A stretch of DNA of 29,768 nt from an uncultured Bacilli bacterium. Lineage in GTDB: Bacteria > Bacillota_I > Bacilli_A > RF39 > UBA660. Location of the stretch: assembly GCA_947629195.1 (NCBI GenBank), contig CANRCS010000001.1, positions 1 through 29,768 of the forward strand. Reading direction: 5' to 3'. This document shows positions 8,825 through 15,659 of the stretch, one piece after another. The notes below the pieces were generated by a model. That model was not told where the DNA came from. It worked only from the letters and a program-made list of their open reading frames with translations, and did not search any database. The first letter of the stretch is position 1; each line of letters begins with the position of its first letter. A program made the position numbers and the translations under genes.

Positions 8825-9274
8825 ATGAGAGAAGCAATAGGTAGTCAATTTATACTTAGATTAATGATTATTTTCATCTTCTTTTTTTCAGCTTTTTTAG
8901 CAATAACAATAAGTTATTCACAAGCATTTAGACTTAAAAACCAAATTATAAATGATTTGGAACAATATGAAGGTTATAATGATGAATCTATTGAACATAT
9001 GTTAGAAGCAGCAGATGATTATGGATATAATAGAGAAAAAAACTGTGTAAATGGTGCAATTACTCCAACTGTAAAAACTGGTGCTAATGAAGGTGAAAGA
9101 GTTGTTGGTGTTTGTATAAAAGGTCTTAAAACAGGACATAATAACGAATCGCTATACTATCAAGTTGAAACGTATGTTAATTTTGACTTACCACTTATTG
9201 GAACATTGCTTGCCGTACCTGTTAAAGGAGAAACAAAAATTATAACCAATCCAGTAGATATTGAGTGGGGTTAG
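8825..9274 (+). CDS. TadE/TadG-like minor pilin
   Basis: Leader MREAIG, N-terminal TM, C-terminal strand-rich YYQVETYVNFDLPLIG...VPVKGET reminiscent of TadE-like proteins. Confidence 0.55.
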   Translation: MREAIGSQFILRLMIIFIFFFSAFLAITISYSQAFRLKNQIINDLEQYEGYNDESIEHMLEAADDYGYNREKNCVNGAITPTVKTGANEGERVVGVCIKGLKTGHNNESLYYQVETYVNFDLPLIGTLLAVPVKGETKIITNPVDIEWG

Positions 9275-9285
9275 ACAATACATTT

Positions 9286-9320
9286 AAAATTCTAAGATTA
9301 TTTCTTAGGGTTTTTATTTT
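9286..9320 (+). terminator. Intrinsic terminator closing the Tad pilin unit
   Basis: AAAATTCTAAGA / TCTTAGGGTTTT stem (2 G-U pairs) followed by T-rich sequence. Confidence 0.65.
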
Positions 9321-9333
9321 AAAAATTATATTA

Positions 9334-9362
9334 TTGTATAATTATGCATATTTTGATATAAT
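9334..9362 (+). promoter_or_regulatory. sigma-A promoter
   Basis: TTGTAT (9334-9339), 17 bp, TG-a-TATAAT (9357-9362). Confidence 0.65.
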
Positions 9363-9389
9363 TTATTCATAATAAAGGAGATGTCAAAT

Positions 9390-9824
9390 ATGTTTGTTAT
9401 TGATATGAAAAAAGGATTTAGAGTATCTTTAGTAATAAATATAATTTTATTTGCCTTATTTATTATGATGATGATATTATATTTTACAAAAGGAACTGAT
9501 AAAAAAGAATTAAATCCTGGATTACAAACTATGGCTATTGAAGAGGGTGAAATTGATTTCAAACCGGATAGATATGCATATATGGTTGAAGTTAATAATG
9601 ATGTTGATAAATTAACACTATCATTAGTTTCTTATGAAAAAGGCGCTAATATAAAGGTAGATGGTAATGAAAAGTTCAAAGAGGGACATAATCAAATCGT
9701 AATAACAGTTAGTGATTCAGCTACAACTCCAAAGTATTATTATATAGATGTAATAAAATTACCTAGCGAAGAAGTAGATGATGAATTAATTACTGAAGAA
9801 AACAATGCATCAAACAATGAATAA
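9390..9824 (+). CDS. Membrane-anchored cadherin-like beta-sandwich domain protein
   Basis: SD AAGGAG (9375-9380) abuts ATG 9381, so ATG 9390 is the likelier start. N-terminal TM, then FKPDRYAYMVEVNNDVDKLTLS...GHNQIVITVSD...KYYYIDVIK, typical of the cadherin-like beta-sandwich family. Confidence 0.75.
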   Translation: MFVIDMKKGFRVSLVINIILFALFIMMMILYFTKGTDKKELNPGLQTMAIEEGEIDFKPDRYAYMVEVNNDVDKLTLSLVSYEKGANIKVDGNEKFKEGHNQIVITVSDSATTPKYYYIDVIKLPSEEVDDELITEENNASNNE

Positions 9825-9860
9825 TATTTGTGTAAAATGTTATAAAGTTTATAAATGATA

Positions 9861-9889
9861 TTTACAAAAAAAGTATATATTGTTATAAT
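9861..9889 (+). promoter_or_regulatory. sigma-A promoter for the first VirB2-like pilin
   Basis: TTTACA (9861-9866), 17 bp, TG-t-TATAAT (9884-9889); SD AAAGGAGG at 9911-9918. Confidence 0.7.
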
Positions 9890-9926
9890 ATATGTGTAAT
9901 TTTTAGCTTTAAAGGAGGAAATAAAA

Positions 9927-10292
9927 ATGGAATTAGTAAATTTTTTAGTTGATAATGAAGCGGTAAGCAAATTATGTTCTCAAGATGGATTATTACCTGT
10001 TTTTACATTTATAGGTAATGTTATTTCTTTTATTAAAATTGCTGTGCCAATAATACTAATATTAATGGGTAGTATTGATTTGACAAAAGCTGTTATGGCA
10101 TCAAAGGATGATGATATTAAAAAGGCTCAATCAACACTTATAAAAAGAGCTGTTATAGGTGTTGTAATATTCTTTATTCCAACAATAGTTACATTATTAC
10201 TAAATTTAATAAATCAGGATACTGATACTCCATGTATGTCATGTATCACTGCACCTGGACAATCCAAATGTAAAATAGATCTTGATAAATAA
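9927..10292 (+). CDS. TrbC/VirB2-like T4SS pilin, copy 1
   Basis: Two hydrophobic helices joined by a charged loop: IKIAVPIILILMGSIDLTKAVMASKDDDIKKAQSTLIKRAVIGVVIFFIPTIV; located upstream of virB6/virB4. Confidence 0.7.
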   Translation: MELVNFLVDNEAVSKLCSQDGLLPVFTFIGNVISFIKIAVPIILILMGSIDLTKAVMASKDDDIKKAQSTLIKRAVIGVVIFFIPTIVTLLLNLINQDTDTPCMSCITAPGQSKCKIDLDK

Positions 10293-10317
10293 TTATAAAT
10301 TTAATTTTAAAATATTT

Positions 10318-10348
10318 AAACGGAAATTTTTAAGTTTCTGTTTTTTTT
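10318..10348 (+). terminator. Intrinsic terminator between the two pilin genes
   Basis: AAACGGAAA / TTTCTGTTT stem followed by T8. Confidence 0.6.
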
Positions 10349-10360
10349 ATTTTAATTTAA

Positions 10361-10369
10361 TGATATAAT
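10361..10369 (+). promoter_or_regulatory. Extended -10 promoter for the virB-like operon
   Basis: TG-a-TATAAT; SD GGAGGT before ATG 10402. Confidence 0.55.
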
Positions 10370-10401
10370 GTTAATATCATAGTTAATACGGAGGTTTTAT
10401 T

Positions 10402-10758
10402 ATGCATAAAAAAAGTAATTATAGATTAATGATAATTTTTGTAATAACTTTTTTAATAAATACTAAAATGGCATTTGCTGATATGTGTGATAGTATGCCA
10501 GAGACAATTGGAATTATAAATGAATTATTAGGTATTGTAAAAATAGCAATCCCAATATTATTAATTTCACTTGGAACTGTTGATTTTATAAAGGCAATAG
10601 TTGCCAAAGATGAACAAGGAATGAAAAAAGCTCAAAGTGCTTTCGTTACTAGATTGATAATAGGAGTGACAATATTTTTTGTTCCTATGATAATGAGATT
10701 TTTATTGGATATAATTGGTTATGGAGACAGTTGTTTCTACGATGTGTTCAATTTCTAG
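10402..10758 (+). CDS. TrbC/VirB2-like T4SS pilin, copy 2
   Basis: Clear paralog of copy 1 (KIAIPILLISLGTVDFIKAIVAKDEQGMKKAQSAFVTRLIIGVTIFFVP); N-terminal signal peptide ending AFA|D. Confidence 0.7.
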   Translation: MHKKSNYRLMIIFVITFLINTKMAFADMCDSMPETIGIINELLGIVKIAIPILLISLGTVDFIKAIVAKDEQGMKKAQSAFVTRLIIGVTIFFVPMIMRFLLDIIGYGDSCFYDVFNF

Positions 10759-10779
10759 TATGGAAAGGGGATTGAAAAG

Positions 10780-12825
10780 ATGAGTTTTTGGGGTAAATTA
10801 GTTCAACAAATTCTTAGGTATATATCTTTAATGTTAGATATGCTTGTATATACTTTAATTAGAGTTTTTTATAATTTATTTAATGCAATAACTCAAGTAA
10901 GAGTAGCAGAAGATGGACTTTTAACGGATATTTCAAATAGGATTTATACGATAATTGGTGTGTATGCAATATTTAAGGTTGTTTTCGTACTAATAAGTAT
11001 GATGGTTAATCCAGAAGAAAGCGCTAAAGGTAATAATAGTGCAGGAAAAGTTGTAACAAGAGTAATTGTTATGTTAGCACTTATTATACTTGTTCCATAT
11101 GTATTTGAAAGAGCATACGCATTACAAAATGCAATTGTAAAAGAAAATGTTGTGGGACAATTAATTTTAGGAAATAGTGTTGTAAAAGGCGATGATGGTG
11201 GCGCACTTACATCTACTTATGAGGATGACATAACTGGTCCAGTTACATATGGAGATGTTGGACAGAACATATCAAATCAGCTATTCTCGGGATTTGTCTC
11301 CATGAATGAACTTGCTGTTAATCCGGGTGTTGAAGAACCATCTCCAGATAATGATGTTGATCCTAGTACATATTTGACAAGTGAATCACAAAATGCATGT
11401 ACTAAAAGTTATACCTCATTAAGAGAATTGAGAGAAGCAGTCTCACTTAAGACTCCATCAACCCAAGGTATAGCTTCTATTTGGAATGTAATTGATGATA
11501 CATTTGATAGTAGTGAAACTGGTGGAGAAGAATTTTGCTTAGATTATAAATACTTTATATCAGTAATTGCAGGAGGATTTGCAGCATATATATTTATAAT
11601 TTATTGTTTAGATATTGGACTTAGGGTTATAAAGTTAGCGTTTTATCAATTAATAGCTCCAATTCCTATTGCTAGTTATGTTGATGGTAAAAAGGATGGA
11701 CCATTTCAAAATTGGGCAAAGAGTTGTTTAACAGAGTACGCAGATTTATTTTTAAGATTAGTTATTATATACACGATGATTTTGCTTATTACGAAAATTG
11801 GGCAAGGACAATTATTAGACTTTTCATCGCCAGCGTTAAAGGGGTCTACTGGAATGTTTGCTCGTGTATTTGTAATATTAGGAATGCTTATGTTTGCTAA
11901 ACAAGCACCACAATTATTACTTGATATGTTTGGAGTAAAAGGTAGTGGAAGATTTAGTATGAGAGCTAGTGATAAACTTGCAAATGCTCCAAAACCAGTT
12001 GCAATGGGATTATCTGCAGCAGGTGGTGCAGTAGCAGGATTTGGAGTTACCGCTGCTGCTGGAGTAGGTGGAGCTGTTGGAGGTTTAGTAAAAGGTGCAT
12101 TAAGTAATGATCCTACAAAATCAAAATCAGCGGCTATTAAAGATAATATGCAAAAAACTTGGGATAAGACTAAAGTTCGTGGTAAAGCTGCTGGTGCTGA
12201 AACTTTATCAAGATTACAAGGTAAAAATTATAGTGATAAAGGTGCATATAACAGATCAGTTCTTGCAAGTGACTTAAGACGTCAGGCATTTACTGGTAAT
12301 GTTAATGCTACTCATGGTATTGGTGGAAGACTTGCATCTGTTCAATCAGATTTAATGAGTTCATTATCTTTTCAAACAACTAAGAGTAAGTCTCAAGCAT
12401 TAAAGATGACTGGAAAAATTGCAGCACAGTTAGGAAATGTTTCTGCTACCCTTAATGCTAATAGATTAAGATATGAAGAACTTGCAAGAAGAGGAGATGC
12501 CGCTGCTGTTAAAGAATTATCAGTTGCAACAGGATTTAATGCAAAAGAAATATTTGAAAATTTCTTATCTAGTAAAGATCCTTCTATTGGTAAGAATATG
12601 ATAATAGATCCAAATTATCAAGATATTCCAAAACCAAACTCTGATGAGTGGATCGAATTTTCTGATAACTATATGGCATTTGAAAAATTGAATACATATA
12701 AAGATAAAAGTGGTGTTGTTCACACAATGACCCATGCAGAAAAAGAAGCATTAAGAAATTATGCAGAAAAATCTCTTGGAGATTTGAAAAAACAAGTTGA
12801 CACACTAACAAAGAATAAGGGGTGA
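10780..12825 (+). CDS. VirB6/TrbL-like polytopic T4SS membrane protein with long C-terminal extension
   Basis: Multiple TMs around a large loop; DIGLRVIKLAFYQLIAPIPIASYV...FQNW motif typical of VirB6-like proteins; Gly/Ala-rich stretch, then a soluble tail. Confidence 0.7.
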   Translation: MSFWGKLVQQILRYISLMLDMLVYTLIRVFYNLFNAITQVRVAEDGLLTDISNRIYTIIGVYAIFKVVFVLISMMVNPEESAKGNNSAGKVVTRVIVMLALIILVPYVFERAYALQNAIVKENVVGQLILGNSVVKGDDGGALTSTYEDDITGPVTYGDVGQNISNQLFSGFVSMNELAVNPGVEEPSPDNDVDPSTYLTSESQNACTKSYTSLRELREAVSLKTPSTQGIASIWNVIDDTFDSSETGGEEFCLDYKYFISVIAGGFAAYIFIIYCLDIGLRVIKLAFYQLIAPIPIASYVDGKKDGPFQNWAKSCLTEYADLFLRLVIIYTMILLITKIGQGQLLDFSSPALKGSTGMFARVFVILGMLMFAKQAPQLLLDMFGVKGSGRFSMRASDKLANAPKPVAMGLSAAGGAVAGFGVTAAAGVGGAVGGLVKGALSNDPTKSKSAAIKDNMQKTWDKTKVRGKAAGAETLSRLQGKNYSDKGAYNRSVLASDLRRQAFTGNVNATHGIGGRLASVQSDLMSSLSFQTTKSKSQALKMTGKIAAQLGNVSATLNANRLRYEELARRGDAAAVKELSVATGFNAKEIFENFLSSKDPSIGKNMIIDPNYQDIPKPNSDEWIEFSDNYMAFEKLNTYKDKSGVVHTMTHAEKEALRNYAEKSLGDLKKQVDTLTKNKG

Positions 12826-12831
12826 TAACAG

Positions 12832-13149
12832 ATGAATGAATCATATTTAATACCAGCTAACTCTAAAAAAAGTAAATTAATACTTGGAATGTTTAGACCA
12901 GTAGATTTAGTAATATTTCTATCTGGAGTTGGATTAACATTAATATTTATAGCATTTGGGTTAACTAATGAATTGTGGCAAGTAATTATTACATTACTAC
13001 CTGCTGGTATAGCGGCATTCTTAGTTATGCCAGTTCCAAATTATCATAATATGTTAACAGTTATATCAAATGTTATAACATTTTATACAGGAAGAAGAAC
13101 CTATATATGGCGAGGTTGGTGTATACATGATAATGATGACTTTGAATAA
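12832..13149 (+). CDS. VirB3/PrgI-like small membrane protein
   Basis: 105 aa, YLIP..N-terminus, two TMs, position between the virB6-like and virB4 genes. Confidence 0.6.
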   Translation: MNESYLIPANSKKSKLILGMFRPVDLVIFLSGVGLTLIFIAFGLTNELWQVIITLLPAGIAAFLVMPVPNYHNMLTVISNVITFYTGRRTYIWRGWCIHDNDDFE

Positions 13150-13184
13150 TGAAAATAAAAGAATAATAAGGAGGTGTTTCTAAT

Positions 13185-13847
13185 ATGCCAGTAATTAATA
13201 ATCCACAACAGGCAAATGTAAATGGACAACCTGTGCAACCTACTCAACCACAAACACAACAAACGACAACTCAACAAGCAAAACCAACAACTAATACTAA
13301 AACAGATGATGCTTCAAGAAAATATGCTGAACAATGGTTACCAGTTAAGGATATACAAAATGGGGCAATAATATTAGAAAGCAATTGGAAAGTAACAGGA
13401 GTTAAAATAAGTCCAAGAAATATATTTATCTTGGATGAAGATTCACAAGCTAGTATTCTTATATCACTTAGAAATCTATATAATACACTAGATTATGAAT
13501 TTTGGATATTAGTAGCAGATAGACCGGTAGATATAACACTTTATGTTTCTCAATTACAATTATTGTATAATAATACACCTAATCCTAAAATTAGAAAATT
13601 GATTTCTGAAGATATGGATAAAGCTCAATTATTTAGAGAAAACAATGTAGTTGATACTGAATATTACTTAATGTTCCAAGAAAAACGTGACGACCTATTA
13701 CAAAAGAAAGTAAGAGAACTAATAAGTGGATTTACGAGTGCAGGATTAACTGCAATGCAAACTACAAATGAAGATTTAAGAGTATTATTAGATAACTTCC
13801 TTAATGAAGGAAGAGCTACTACATTTGGGACGGTGTTGCCATCATGA
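13185..13847 (+). CDS. TraC/VirB4 N-terminal-like accessory protein with Q/T/P-rich N-terminus
   Basis: WLPVKDIQNGAIIL...VKISPRNIFILDEDSQ...LRNLYNTLDYEFWILVADRPVDI resembles the VirB4 N-terminal module; ATGA overlap with virB4 (13844-13847). Confidence 0.6.
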   Translation: MPVINNPQQANVNGQPVQPTQPQTQQTTTQQAKPTTNTKTDDASRKYAEQWLPVKDIQNGAIILESNWKVTGVKISPRNIFILDEDSQASILISLRNLYNTLDYEFWILVADRPVDITLYVSQLQLLYNNTPNPKIRKLISEDMDKAQLFRENNVVDTEYYLMFQEKRDDLLQKKVRELISGFTSAGLTAMQTTNEDLRVLLDNFLNEGRATTFGTVLPS

Positions 13848-15628
13848 TGAGATTAAAATCACAATTAGCTCCAAAAGGATTAGATTTCCATCCTGGAGAT
13901 TTCATTATAAGTGGAAAATATGCTACTATAATGACAGTTATTTCTTATCCAAAATATATAAGTCCTGGTTATTTATCTGATTTAACAAATATGTCTGGAA
14001 TTAAGGTTGTTATAAAACATATACCAATAGACTTTAGCATTTTAAGAAAAATGTTAAATAAAGAAATTGCAGATTTAAAAAATAGATATGCAAATGAAAA
14101 AGATATAACACTCCAAGAAAGAATAAGACAAGACTATGAATCATTGGAATATTTCATTCAAAATTTAGCTGCATCGCAAGCAAGAATCTTTGATTTTCAA
14201 ATGCACATTATGATTACTGCTGATTCAAAAGAAGACCTTGATCAAAAGAAAGTTCAAGTTAAGAATTTTATTGAATCAATGGAAATGAATGCAGTTGTAT
14301 TACACTTTGAACAAAAGAAAGTATTACAATCTATTATTCCAATATTCCCTAAACAAGATATTGAAGATAGAATAGGAACACCAATGCCATCAGCTACAAT
14401 GGCTGCAATGTATCCATTTATATTCGATAGTATTAAGGATCCAGGATTATCAACACTACTTGGTATAGATTTTTCTGGTGGTGTAATCCTATTTAATCAA
14501 TTCTTATATCAAATTAAAAAAGAACATAATAGGAACAATGCAAACCTTATTATTTTAGGTACATCTGGTAGTGGTAAATCAACTGCTGCAAAAGTTATTT
14601 TAAGAAGTCATATAAGAAATTCAAATCAAATTGTTGCAATTGACCCTGAAGGGGAACTTGAAGATATGACTAAACTTTACGAAGGGGACTTTATAGACCT
14701 TGGTAAAGGTGGTCAATATGGTATGATAAATCCACTTGAAATTATAATGGATGCAGATGATGATAGTGGACAAGGACTAGGATATACAGTTCTTACAAAT
14801 TCATTACAAAATATAAAAGCATTTATGAAATACTATTCTCCAGATATAACAGAAGATGTATTAAACTTATTCTCTGAAGTTGTACAAGATACATATAGAA
14901 GATTTGGGATTGATTTTAATACAGATTTTTCTAAGTTTAGAAGTGAAGATTATCCGACATTTAGAGATGTATATGCAACTATTTCAGGTAGACTTCTTGC
15001 AATGCAAGAAAGAACTCATGAAAGAGAAATAATGGAAAAACTTGAAATTAAAATTAGACCATTAACTAATGAATTAAAGTATTACTTTGATGGTCATACA
15101 ACAATAAAATTACATAGTGAGTTTATAGTATTTAATATAAAAGAACTTATGAATGCAGATGCAAATATTAAAAATGCATTATTCTTCAATGTATTAAAGT
15201 ATGCATGGGGACTATGTCTTGATAAAAGTAAAAATACTGCATTCTATGTTGATGAAGCGCATATCTTACTTGCTGGAAATAATACATTGGGTGCAGACTT
15301 TCTAGCGCAAGTTCAAAGACGTGCTAGAAAATATAACTCTGGTACTATAATAAGTACACAACAACCAACAGACTTCTCAGACCCACAAGTTATAACACAA
15401 GGTAAAGCAATATTTGATAATGCTTCCTACTATATAATAATGGGACTTAAGAAACAAGCTGTTGATGACTTGGCAATGTTAGTAGATTTAAATGATAATG
15501 AAAAAGATAGTATAAAAAGATATAATCAAGGAGAAGCATTATTCATATGTGGAAGTAGACGTATGAGAATTAATATAATAGTTACTCCTCAAGAATTAGA
15601 ATCATTTGGTGAACGAGGAGGTCTATAA
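13844..15628 (+). CDS. virB4: VirB4-family T4SS ATPase (short, 594 aa)
   Basis: Walker A GTSGSGKS, AIDPEGE motif, Walker B FYVDEAHILL, RRARKYNSGTIISTQQPTDF. Confidence 0.9.
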   Translation: MMRLKSQLAPKGLDFHPGDFIISGKYATIMTVISYPKYISPGYLSDLTNMSGIKVVIKHIPIDFSILRKMLNKEIADLKNRYANEKDITLQERIRQDYESLEYFIQNLAASQARIFDFQMHIMITADSKEDLDQKKVQVKNFIESMEMNAVVLHFEQKKVLQSIIPIFPKQDIEDRIGTPMPSATMAAMYPFIFDSIKDPGLSTLLGIDFSGGVILFNQFLYQIKKEHNRNNANLIILGTSGSGKSTAAKVILRSHIRNSNQIVAIDPEGELEDMTKLYEGDFIDLGKGGQYGMINPLEIIMDADDDSGQGLGYTVLTNSLQNIKAFMKYYSPDITEDVLNLFSEVVQDTYRRFGIDFNTDFSKFRSEDYPTFRDVYATISGRLLAMQERTHEREIMEKLEIKIRPLTNELKYYFDGHTTIKLHSEFIVFNIKELMNADANIKNALFFNVLKYAWGLCLDKSKNTAFYVDEAHILLAGNNTLGADFLAQVQRRARKYNSGTIISTQQPTDFSDPQVITQGKAIFDNASYYIIMGLKKQAVDDLAMLVDLNDNEKDSIKRYNQGEALFICGSRRMRINIIVTPQELESFGERGGL

Positions 15629-15641
15629 AAAATAGACTTCC
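15617..15641 (+). other. 10-bp hairpin overlapping the virB4 stop codon
   Basis: GGAGGTCTAT / ATAGACTTCC with an A5 loop; no following U tract. Confidence 0.5.
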
Positions 15642-15659
15642 TAATTAGGTGGTGATGTT

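Larger units (their letters stand above)
4690..9274 (+). other. Tad/Flp (type IVc) pilus gene cluster
   Basis: cpaB, cpaF, tadB, tadC, pilin and minor pilin in canonical order; no secretin (expected in a monoderm); no prepilin peptidase in the window. Confidence 0.8.

Noticed and set aside
13844-13847. Split virB4 as a frameshifted pseudogene
   Set aside because: Clean ATGA coupling, a plausible SD (GGTG), intact ATPase motifs, and a recalled precedent for naturally split VirB4. A read-level check is still advisable.
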